Of a stretch of DNA of 64,000 nt, positions 47,387-58,049 are shown in pieces; positions within the stretch are counted from its first letter, which is position 1; the number at the start of each line of letters is the position of its first letter. The stretch comes from Lachnospiraceae bacterium (GTDB lineage: Bacteria > Bacillota > Clostridia > Lachnospirales > Lachnospiraceae). Both the position numbers and the translations under genes were made by a program. The notes under the pieces were generated by a model. It made no database searches and was not told where the DNA came from. It was given only the letters and a program-made list of their open reading frames with translations. The stretch lies in NCBI GenBank assembly GCA_031272185.1, contig JAISUG010000058.1:8203-72202 (forward strand), in the 5' to 3' direction.

Positions 47387-48589
47387 ATGGGTAGTTATGG
47401 AAAAATCGCATTGACGCATGAGGATGAAGAGACGGTCATCCGCATTTGCCAGGATCTGATACGTGCCAAGGGCGGCTCGGGGCACGAGGAGGCCGCTGGG
47501 CAGGTGTTGGTTTCTTATTATAGACAGTTGGGTTACGACGAGGCCCTCATAGATGACTATGGGAACGCCGTCGGGGTGATAAACGGGAACAGGCCGGGGA
47601 AGTGCCTGGTTTTCGACGGGCACATCGACACGGTGCAGGCGGTTGAAAGCCAATGGAGTGTGGACCCCTTTGGGGGCGTGCGCAAGGACGGGCGCATCTA
47701 TGGGCGGGGGACCAGCGACATGAAAGGAGCCATCGCCGCATTCACTCTGGCCGCGCCGGTGTTTGCCCGGGCTTGCGGGAGGGATTTCCACGGCAAGATC
47801 GTGGTGGCGGGAACCGTCCAGGAAGAGGCATATGAAGGCGTGGCCTCGGTGGGCATAAACGACGCATACCACCCCGACTTGGTGATCATCGGCGAGGCAT
47901 CGGACATGAACCTGAAGATCGGCCAGCGGGGCCGTGCGGAGATATTGGTGGAGACCATCGGCACCACCGCACATAGCGCACACCCGGAGCGGGGGAACAA
48001 CGCCATACTGGCCATGTGCAAGGTGATCGACGCCATCGGGCGCATACCCACACCGGAAGATCCCAAGCTGCACAAAGGGATCATGGTGCTGACGGACATC
48101 ATTTCCGAACCGTTCCCGGCGAAAAGCTGCGTGCCATACCGCTGCCTGGCCACTTATGACAGGCGGCTTCTGAAAGGAGAAACCAGGGAGAGCGTGCTGG
48201 CGCCCATATCGGAGGCGCTTGCGGCGCTGGAGGCCGCAGACCCCACGGTCCGGACCAAGGTTTCCTATGCCCATGAGACATCCCGGTGCTATACGGGGAA
48301 GACGATTTCATCGGAGAAATTCTTCCCGGCGTGGCTGTTTGAGGAGTCTGAGGGGTTCGTGCAGACCGCGCTGGCCGGCCTGCGTGCAGATGGGTTTGAC
48401 CCCCTGCTTAGCGTGTATGATTTTTGCACCAACGGCTCGCTGTACGCCGGGGAGCTGGGCATCCCCACCCTGGGGTTCGGGCCGTCAAGGGAGGACCTGG
48501 CCCACAGCGTAGACGAGTATATCGAAATCGGGGAACTGACGAAAGCGGCGGCGTGCTACGTGTCCGTGCTTGGGGCTCTGACGAAGTAG
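47387..48589 (+). CDS. M20-family peptidase, YgeY-like
   Basis: FDGHIDTV, GRGTSDMKG and EEAYEG motifs, with overall resemblance to the YgeY/ArgE/DapE group. Confidence 0.75.
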   Translation: MGSYGKIALTHEDEETVIRICQDLIRAKGGSGHEEAAGQVLVSYYRQLGYDEALIDDYGNAVGVINGNRPGKCLVFDGHIDTVQAVESQWSVDPFGGVRKDGRIYGRGTSDMKGAIAAFTLAAPVFARACGRDFHGKIVVAGTVQEEAYEGVASVGINDAYHPDLVIIGEASDMNLKIGQRGRAEILVETIGTTAHSAHPERGNNAILAMCKVIDAIGRIPTPEDPKLHKGIMVLTDIISEPFPAKSCVPYRCLATYDRRLLKGETRESVLAPISEALAALEAADPTVRTKVSYAHETSRCYTGKTISSEKFFPAWLFEESEGFVQTALAGLRADGFDPLLSVYDFCTNGSLYAGELGIPTLGFGPSREDLAHSVDEYIEIGELTKAAACYVSVLGALTK

Positions 48590-48598
48590 CGATATAGG

Positions 48599-48790
48599 TA
48601 TTGGCAGATGGGCCGATGGGTTGAGGCGGTTTGGGCGCGAGCCGGCGAAAGAGACGTATGCGCTTGAGGGTATTGGCCGATGGGCCGATGGGTTGGGACG
48701 GTTTGGGCGCGAGCCGGCGAAAGAGACGTATGCGCTTGTGGGTATTGGCCGGTGGCCGATGGGTTGGGACGGTTTGGTGGTGTGGGTATG
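48599..48790. repeat. about 70-nt tandem repeat, 2.7 copies, filling the peptidase-racemase spacer
   Basis: GGTATTGGC.GATGGGCCGATGGGTTG.G.CGGTTTGGGCGCGAGCCGGCGAAAGAGACGTATGCGCTTG.G. The last partial copy runs into the ATG at 48788. Confidence 0.9.
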
Positions 48791-49876
48791 CCGAGGTTGA
48801 CCATAGATTTGGGCATCATCAGGTCCAATGTGCGCGCCGTGCGGGATTTGTGCGCCGGGCATGGCATAGGGATCACCGGGGTGACGAAAGTGTTTTGCGG
48901 CGACCCGGTGGTGGCGAAAGCGTTCCTGGACGCCGGGGTCACCAGGCTGGGGGATTCTCGTGTCGCAAACCTAAGGAGGCTGCAGTTCCTGGATGGGGAG
49001 AAATGGCTCATCCGTATGCCTGCCCCCTCGGAGATCCCCGATGTGGTGCGGTATGCGGACGTTTCCTTAAACAGCGAATGGCATACGCTGTCTCTGCTTT
49101 CCGAAGAGGCGCTGCGCCAGGGGAAACGCCACAAGGTGATCCTGATGGCGGACCTGGGCGACCTGCGGGAAGGGTATGTGGACTACGGCGAACTGCGCAG
49201 GGTGGCGCAGATGGTGGTCCGGGCCGATGGGCTGGAACTCTATGGCATCGGCACGAACCTGAGCTGTTTCTCATTCATACACCCGGATACCGGGAAGATG
49301 CGGCAGCTGCTGGGGCTGGCGGGTTTGGGGAACGAAACCCTTTCGGCGGCTGCGGATGTGCCGATGTCACCGGTGGCTTTCGTGATTTCCGGGGGCAATT
49401 CCGCCTCATTGCACCTCATGATGGAAAATGGCATCCCCCCAGGGGTGAACAACCTTCGTCTGGGGGAAAGCCTGCTGTTCGGCAAGGAGCGCTGCCACTA
49501 CACATATCTGCCGGGGACCAGGCGGGATGCGTTCATCCTGTCGGCAGAGGTCATCGAGCTCAAGGAAAAGCCCTCCGTCCCTTGGGGGGAAGCCGGGGTG
49601 GACAGCTACGGGAACCCACCGCCGGTGCGTGAGGACAAGGGGGTGCGCTCACGTGCGATACTGGCCCTGGGCAAACAGGACTGCGACGTGGAGACCATGC
49701 GCCCGGTGGACGGCGCTGTCGCGATCTTAGGCGCCAGCAGCGACCATATGGTGCTGGACGTGACGGACAGCGCCCGCCGCTATGCCCTGGGGGATACGGT
49801 GGAGTTCGAGCTGGGGTATTTTGCCCTGATGCGGGCATACACCAGCGGGTATGTGGAGAAAGTGTACGTGGGGTGA
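48788..49876 (+). CDS. alanine-racemase-fold PLP enzyme (ornithine racemase / YhfX-like)
   Basis: N-terminal IDLGIIRSNVRAV...GVTKVFCGD (PLP-Lys context) and C-terminal beta domain. ATG at 48788. Confidence 0.7.
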   Translation: MPRLTIDLGIIRSNVRAVRDLCAGHGIGITGVTKVFCGDPVVAKAFLDAGVTRLGDSRVANLRRLQFLDGEKWLIRMPAPSEIPDVVRYADVSLNSEWHTLSLLSEEALRQGKRHKVILMADLGDLREGYVDYGELRRVAQMVVRADGLELYGIGTNLSCFSFIHPDTGKMRQLLGLAGLGNETLSAAADVPMSPVAFVISGGNSASLHLMMENGIPPGVNNLRLGESLLFGKERCHYTYLPGTRRDAFILSAEVIELKEKPSVPWGEAGVDSYGNPPPVREDKGVRSRAILALGKQDCDVETMRPVDGAVAILGASSDHMVLDVTDSARRYALGDTVEFELGYFALMRAYTSGYVEKVYVG

Positions 49877-49985
49877 GTGTGCTAGGCGGGTCTTTGCCCG
49901 CCAGACAGCATGAAGCTACTGATAGACGAGCTACGCGGTGTGTGTGAGTGTGCTGGGCAGACCTTTGCTCGCCAGACAGGGGATC
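49868..49985. repeat. 70-nt duplication starting at the racemase stop codon
   Basis: GTGAGTGTGCTAGGCGGGTCTTTGCCCGCCAGACAG (49873-) and GTGAGTGTGCTGGGCAGACCTTTGCTCGCCAGACAG (49943-). The first copy holds a GGCGGG/CCCGCC hairpin. Confidence 0.85.
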
Positions 49986-50042
49986 TGCGTCAAATCACGG
50001 ACATGCAGACATGTGGAAACGGAAGTGTATGGGTTCGATAAC

Positions 50043-50066
50043 CGGGGCGGTTGCCCCGATTTTTTG
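50043..50066 (+). terminator. Rho-independent terminator
   Basis: CGGGGC-GGTT-GCCCCG followed by ATTTTTTG. Confidence 0.7.
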
Positions 50067-50267
50067 TTGGATAAGTACTACGGTGGTTACAATTTACACC
50101 CATGGAAACCCTCCGCCGCTTAAGTCATTGCGAGGAGCATAACCACATCTGCTGCGAGCGAAGCGCGGAAGGACGAAGCAATCCACGTCCATAAATATCT
50201 TACGACCGAAGATGATCTGTGAATTGTAACCTGCGGCGGGTCGCTTGAAATTTCTTTGGGGAAAGCC

Positions 50268-50296
50268 TTGACAATCCGTGCAAGGGTGGATATAAT
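50268..50296 (+). promoter_or_regulatory. consensus sigma-A promoter
   Basis: TTGACA (50268-50273), exactly 17 nt spacer, TATAAT (50291-50296). About 510 nt upstream of the oxidoreductase start. Confidence 0.7.
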
Positions 50297-50315
50297 AGCC
50301 ATATAAAATATACTA

Positions 50316-50336
50316 TTCATATTAAAATAATATGAA
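50316..50336. promoter_or_regulatory. 9+9 perfect palindrome TTCATATTA-AAA-TAATATGAA (candidate operator)
   Basis: Read directly. About 20 nt downstream of the -10 element. Confidence 0.45.
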
Positions 50337-50520
50337 ATATGAAGCGGGGGAAGCATGGGCCAGGGGAAGGAAATATGAAAACGCCGGGTGCAGCTTCGAT
50401 GATGCGGAGCGGTTCATGGGGAAGCATGAAACAAGGAAAAGAAATATGCAAACGCATTATGGCCAGTGGAACAGAAATATGAAAACGCATTGTGGCAAGG
50501 GGAAAGAAATATGAAAACGC
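50334..50520 (+). repeat. five dispersed/tandem copies of GAAATATGAAAACGC in the leader
   Basis: Copies at 50334, 50370, 50441, 50474 and 50506. The last three are spaced 32-33 nt apart. Each is preceded by a purine-rich GGAA/GGAAA tract and contains an ATG. Confidence 0.85.
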
Positions 50521-50808
50521 ATTATGGCCAGGGGCTGCAGGGGCTGCTCGACCAGACTGGCCAGCCCGGCCAGCCCGGCCAGCCCAGCTAGTCTGGTGAC
50601 TACGATTTTGGCCGCATCGCCCAAAGGCGGGGCACCCGATGTATCAAATGGGACACCGTGCCGGAGGGGGTCATCCCATTGTCCATAGCTGACAGCGAGC
50701 GAGAAAAGACAGGCGAGAAGAGACGGGCGGGAAGTGACAGGCGACGGGCGAAGAGGTTCCTGGCCCAGTTCAGTCTTTCGGACAATTATACCATTTAGGG
50801 GGTTTGAT

Positions 50809-53766
50809 ATGGCTAGGTTTGGGATGTTGGTGGATTTGGACCGTTGCACGAACTGCTATTCCTGCGTGGTGACGTGCAAGCAGTATTTCCACACGAGGGA
50901 CGGGGTGGACTACAACCAGGGGGCGACCATCGAGTGGGGGGAGGGGGCGGACGCCCACGTGAAGTACCTCTCCACTTCCTGCAACCACTGCGACGATGCG
51001 CCCTGCCATGCGGTTTGCCCCACGGGGGCCACGTCCAAGAGCCCGGAGGGGCTGGTGCTCACCAATGACGACCTGTGCATTGGCTGCGGCGCCTGCGTCA
51101 AGGCATGCCGGTACAACCAGCGGTTCTTGACCGAACTGGGGGACGGGCGGTTCGTCGCGGAAAAATGCACGTTGTGCCAGGACAGGCTGGCCAGGGGGGA
51201 AGAGCCCATATGCGTGGCGCTTTGCCCGGGCAGGTGCCGGATATTTGGCGACCTGGACGACCCGGAGAGCGAGATCAATTACTACATCAAGCTCTATGGT
51301 GCGATGAGGCTGAAAGGCACCCGCACGTATTACGTGGTGCCGGAGGGGATGCCCATCCCGGAGGTCGCAAGGCGGGGGGGATTGGGAACCGCAGCCGCAA
51401 ACAATGTGGCTGTGCCCACCGTGGAGTGGCGCCATGCGACGGTGGCCGACGGCGTGAAGCCGGGGTGGGAACTGGAAGACCTGGGGCAGTGGAAGCGCAC
51501 CCCTGCCGATGATGACTACCAGGAGCTGGTGGACGGTTTGTTCCGGGCCAGGGACTTGGGGCGCGACCTGCTGCGGGTGAACCACCCGGACCCGCCCAAA
51601 GAGGGAGGGCAGTACAAATACAGCCACTGCGTCATGTGCAACCACGTGCCCCGCTGCGGCGTGAAGGCATTGGTCAAAGACGACAAGATCATTCGACTGG
51701 AACGGCGGGAAAAATACGGCAATGAGACGCTGTGCCCCATCGGGGCGGCCTCGGTGCAGGACATCTATGCGCCTGACAGGCTCCTTCACCCCATGCGGCG
51801 CACCAACCCCAAAGGCGAGCCCAGCCGGTGGGAGCGCATCTCTTGGGAAGAGGCCTATGCCGAGATAGCCGAGAAGTTCAATGACATCAAGGCCAGGTAC
51901 GGCGCGGAGAAAGTGCTCTTCATGACCGGGGACCCGAAAGAGCCCCGGGCCATCATGCAGCGGCTGGCGTACACATTCGGCAGCCCCAATTTCGGCACGG
52001 AGTCCTCCACCTGCTCCACGGCCACCACCATCGCCAGCAAGCTCATCTACGGGATCAATGGGCGCGCGGCGGTGATGGCGGGCGCCATGGGCGCGGCGCC
52101 GGACATCAACGACACGTCGGTGTGCATCATCTGGGGCAACAACCCGGGCAACAGCGCGGCGTGGAGCTATGACCGCCTGAAGACCACCAAGGAGTTCGGC
52201 AGCGTGAAATACATCGTGGTGGACCCCCGCGTCACCAGCACCGTGGAGAACTTCGCGGACGTGCACATCCAGCTAAGGTGCGGCACCGACGGGGCGTTGG
52301 CGCTGTTCTTCGCCGACCGGATCATAAAAAGCGGCAACTACGACAAGGAATTCATCGAGAAATGGGCACATGGGTTTGAAGAGTATGCGCAGCTGGCGGC
52401 CGAGTACACATTGGAAAAGACCGCCCGTATCTGCGACGTGCCCGAGCAGGTGCTGGAGGAGGCGGCGAAACTGCTGACGCAGCGGACGAAACCCATCACC
52501 ATAAAGGGGTCATCCGCCCAGCCCCACCACACCAATGGCACGGACAACTACCGCGCCATGATGCTGCTCATCCCCCTGACGGGCAGCCTGGACGTGGAGG
52601 GCGGACATGTGATACCCACCGACATGCTGGACATCGACCTGTCGGGGTCGTCTTTCAAATTCGCCAGGCTGGACCTCTACCCCGGGATCCGCCACCTGAG
52701 GGTGGACACGCCCTACCATAAGATGTGGGACGTGGTGGACATCGACGGGAACATCCAGATCAATTCCCTGCCGGAGTATGTGAAGACCGGCGCGATCCGC
52801 GCATGCCTGATGCTGGGCGGCAACGCCATGATGTGGGGCCAGACCCATGAGTACCAGCAGGCTTTCAAGGACATGGACTTCGTGGCGGCGGTGGATTTCC
52901 GCGACAACCCATGGACCCATGACTATGTGGATATGCTGCTGCCGGCGGCCATGAGCTACGAGCGCAGCGCGCCGCTGACTTTCGCCGGACGCCGGATCTT
53001 CCTGCGGGAGCCCATCGTGCCGCCCCGCGGGGAGGCGCGCTCGGATTATCGCATCTGCTGCGACATCGGCGCTACGCTGGGGTACCCCGAGGTGTTTTTC
53101 GGGGGCGGGGAGAAAGCGGAGGAGGAGTGCATCCGGGAGGTGCTGCGCACGCTGGGTGGTTCCAGGGAAATCACACTGGAGGAGCTGCGGGCGGCACACC
53201 CCGACGGGGTGATGCTGCCCATGCGGGGCGGCCCGAAATACAAAAAATGGGAACTGGGGCTACTGCGCCTGGACGGGAAACCGGGGTTTGAGACGCCCAC
53301 CGGCAAAGTGGAGTTCGCATCGGAGGTGCTGCGGGAAAACGGGCTGGACCCACTGCCCCGCTACAGGGAACCCGTGTACAGCCCGCTGTCCACGCCGGAT
53401 GTGGCGAAGCGTTTCCCGCTGGTTATGTGCTGCGGCTCCCGCACGCCATTCTACTCCAATGCGAAGGAGCGGGAACTGCCATGGCTGCGCCGGTTCCTCC
53501 CCGAACCCGTGGTGAAGCTCAACCCCAAGGATGCGCAGTCTCGGGGGCTTCGCGACGGCGACACGGTGCGGGTGAACGCGCCGGTGAACGAAAAGGGCAT
53601 CACGCTGAAGCTCAAAACCAGCGAGACCATCAAGCCGGGGATGATCGACATCCTCCACGGCTGGCCCCAGGCGGACGCCAACGAGCTCATCACCAGGGAT
53701 TTCGACCCCATCAGTGGGTTCGTGCCGTTCAGGGAGGGGCTGTGCGAGGTCAGCGCGGCAAGGTGA
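50809..53766 (+). CDS. fused 4x[4Fe-4S] ferredoxin (DmsB/NrfC-like) and molybdopterin oxidoreductase (DmsA-family) protein
   Basis: N-terminus has four Cys clusters (CTNCYSCVVTC, CNHCDDAPCHAVCP, CIGCGACVKAC, CTLCQDRL...CVALCP). Next comes a Mo/W bis-MGD [4Fe-4S] motif (HCVMCNHVPRCGV...CPIG), then MopB and the C-terminal molybdopterin-binding barrel. ATG at 50809 follows AGGGGG. No Tat signal. Confidence 0.85.
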   Translation: MARFGMLVDLDRCTNCYSCVVTCKQYFHTRDGVDYNQGATIEWGEGADAHVKYLSTSCNHCDDAPCHAVCPTGATSKSPEGLVLTNDDLCIGCGACVKACRYNQRFLTELGDGRFVAEKCTLCQDRLARGEEPICVALCPGRCRIFGDLDDPESEINYYIKLYGAMRLKGTRTYYVVPEGMPIPEVARRGGLGTAAANNVAVPTVEWRHATVADGVKPGWELEDLGQWKRTPADDDYQELVDGLFRARDLGRDLLRVNHPDPPKEGGQYKYSHCVMCNHVPRCGVKALVKDDKIIRLERREKYGNETLCPIGAASVQDIYAPDRLLHPMRRTNPKGEPSRWERISWEEAYAEIAEKFNDIKARYGAEKVLFMTGDPKEPRAIMQRLAYTFGSPNFGTESSTCSTATTIASKLIYGINGRAAVMAGAMGAAPDINDTSVCIIWGNNPGNSAAWSYDRLKTTKEFGSVKYIVVDPRVTSTVENFADVHIQLRCGTDGALALFFADRIIKSGNYDKEFIEKWAHGFEEYAQLAAEYTLEKTARICDVPEQVLEEAAKLLTQRTKPITIKGSSAQPHHTNGTDNYRAMMLLIPLTGSLDVEGGHVIPTDMLDIDLSGSSFKFARLDLYPGIRHLRVDTPYHKMWDVVDIDGNIQINSLPEYVKTGAIRACLMLGGNAMMWGQTHEYQQAFKDMDFVAAVDFRDNPWTHDYVDMLLPAAMSYERSAPLTFAGRRIFLREPIVPPRGEARSDYRICCDIGATLGYPEVFFGGGEKAEEECIREVLRTLGGSREITLEELRAAHPDGVMLPMRGGPKYKKWELGLLRLDGKPGFETPTGKVEFASEVLRENGLDPLPRYREPVYSPLSTPDVAKRFPLVMCCGSRTPFYSNAKERELPWLRRFLPEPVVKLNPKDAQSRGLRDGDTVRVNAPVNEKGITLKLKTSETIKPGMIDILHGWPQADANELITRDFDPISGFVPFREGLCEVSAAR

Positions 53767-53872
53767 GGCAAGCCGCATCCGTGAGCGACGGGCAGCGTTG
53801 AAAAAGGCGGTCGATGGGGCGGGGTTGGCATAGGTTCACATGATATGCGTCTTAGAAAAAATACTTTTCAAA

Positions 53873-53913
53873 ACACCCGCAGCCGCAGCTGTTACAACGG
53901 CTGCGGTGTTTTT
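53873..53913 (+). terminator. Rho-independent terminator
   Basis: ACACCCGCAGCCG...CGGCTGCGGTGT stem (one bulge) followed by TTTTT. Confidence 0.75.
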
Positions 53914-54088
53914 GGCTGTCAAACTCGGGGGACACTTCCGGCGCACCGGAGAGCCCCTGCGGGTCTCCCATCGCAGTGCCTAATGTGCGCTAGAGTGGGC
54001 CCATGCCCGCCCGGAGGCTCATCGGCTGGATAGGGAGTGGCCTGTAACCTGTGTGGAGTTTATATGGAAATTTCCAGTGGCACGCCCC

Positions 54089-54117
54089 TTGACAGGGGGG
54101 TGCTTTTGTGTTATAGT
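54089..54117 (+). promoter_or_regulatory. candidate sigma-A promoter for clpB
   Basis: TTGACA (54089-54094), 17 nt spacer, TATAGT (54112-54117). Confidence 0.65.
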
Positions 54118-54181
54118 GTGAATGTGTTATAGTTAGAATAGAACAGATAAAACACAATATCATCCGTTGAGGAGGGATTGC

Positions 54182-56768
<2,587 letters not shown>

Positions 56769-56779
<11 letters not shown>

Positions 56780-57668
56780 CTGACCCGGTCATGACTGACC
56801 CGGTCATGAATGTCTCGCCCCGGGCGTGGATTGGCACGATGCGGTCTTTGTAGGGGGCGGCGGCCGGCAGCGCTTTCAGCCGGTCTATGATGGCGAGGTC
56901 ATCCCACATGTGCATGGGGAACACGGTTTTTGCGCCCACGGTGCGCATGAAGTCGTCGATGCCCAGGTAGAAGTTGTCTTCCAGCCTGGGGTCCAGTGGC
57001 AGGAAAGCCGCGTCCGCGCCGCCGTTTGGTACGGGGGCCGTCGCCCTCCCGGCCGGGGAGACCTGGGGCGGGAAGCCTGCGTCCGTGCCGCCGCTTGGTA
57101 CGGGGGGAATGTCCAGCGGGCGGTCCTTTTCCGAAATACTGCGGTGGAAACTCATGACATCTTGGGCGATCAGCCCCAGTTCATGGTGGTAGTCTGTGGT
57201 CATCCGGCGCAGCCAGTCCTCCGGCTCGCCCTCCCAGTACCAGTGGTTGAGGTCGCCGGCATGGAAAATGAGTTGGTGGGATACGGCGATCAGGAAAGCG
57301 ACGCCCTCGTCGGTGGAGCGGTATGTCTTGACGGTCATCCCATTGATTTCGAGGGTTTGCCGGGGTTTGACAAATGTGGTCAGTTCTTTGCATTCCGGCG
57401 GGACCCTCCGTGGGGGTATGTCGTCGGAGAGGATGAAAAACACGCCGGACGGGGGGGATGGTTGGGGCGCTGCATGTGGCGCCGCTTGCCGCGGCGCCAA
57501 TCCGAAGATCTTCTGGGAAAAATGGTCCCCGTGGACGTGGCTGGCGAACACGTACAGTGTCTTGCCGCCATCAAATGCGGGCAGCTGCCCCTCGAACCAG
57601 TCGAAGAGCAGATATCGGTCGGCCAGTTCCACCAAAAAGCCGCTGTGGTGCAGGTATGTGACCTTCAT
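56769..57668 (-). CDS. MBL-fold metallo-hydrolase
   Basis: [11 protein letters not shown] and HVHGDH (HxHxDH) motifs. Low-complexity insertions. The C-terminus [13 protein letters not shown] is encoded by a 15-nt repeat and overlaps the clpB 3' end by 11 nt. Confidence 0.8.
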
Positions 57669-57694
57669 ATTCGTACCCTTTCAAAGTGTCATCA

Positions 57695-57961
57695 TCACTC
57701 TTCGATGACCTGGATCTCCAGGAAGTCGAAGGGGATGCTTTCGATGAAGTTGTCCCCGGTGAAGCGTGTCCGCGAAAGGCGCTGGAACCCCCGGACGTTT
57801 GCATCCAGCCACAAGGGGCTGGCCAGGTCAAAGCTGTGGCAGATGCGGCCCAGCGCGGAGAGGACCTTTTGGGTACGCCCCATGTCGGGGTCGGGCATCT
57901 CCACCACCATGTCTTTTTGCAGTTTGTTGTCTGTGATGATTTTCCCCCAGAGCCTGAACAT
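57695..57961 (-). CDS. conserved-looking hypothetical protein (88 aa)
   Basis: Compact ORF with coding-like composition (MFRLWGKIITDNKL...FLEIQVIEE). No family name recognised. Confidence 0.55.
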   Translation of the reverse strand: MFRLWGKIITDNKLQKDMVVEMPDPDMGRTQKVLSALGRICHSFDLASPLWLDANVRGFQRLSRTRFTGDNFIESIPFDFLEIQVIEE

Positions 57962-58049
57962 AAGCGTCCTTTCTGTCGGCAGCCGGAATGCGCCCCGAAC
58001 ATGCCCTTATCTGTGCAACCGTGTTTTACGCCATCTGTCCCATCAGGCA

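Noticed and set aside
49990-50066. tRNA-like T-arm string GGGTTCGATAACC near 50029
   Set aside because: No acceptor stem, D-arm or anticodon arm can be drawn around it. The adjacent stem is the terminator hairpin.
50332-50514. 60-aa ORF (MKYEAGEAW...RNMKTHCGKGKEI) in the oxidoreductase leader as a real gene or RiPP precursor
   Set aside because: The ORF is generated by in-frame reiteration of the GAAATATGAAAACGC repeat, has no recognisable family and no associated maturation genes. It is treated as a repeat by-product. Only the possibility of short upstream ORFs is kept in the findings.
50600-50808. Possible Moco riboswitch in front of the molybdopterin oxidoreductase
   Set aside because: I could not locate the conserved Moco-motif core or a convincing multi-stem fold by eye. 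It is left as untested rather than called.
47387-53766. Selenocysteine (in-frame TGA) in the YgeY-like, racemase-like or molybdoenzyme genes
   Set aside because: All three ORFs are continuous with no in-frame TGA interrupting conserved regions, and no SECIS-like hairpin was needed to explain the gene models.
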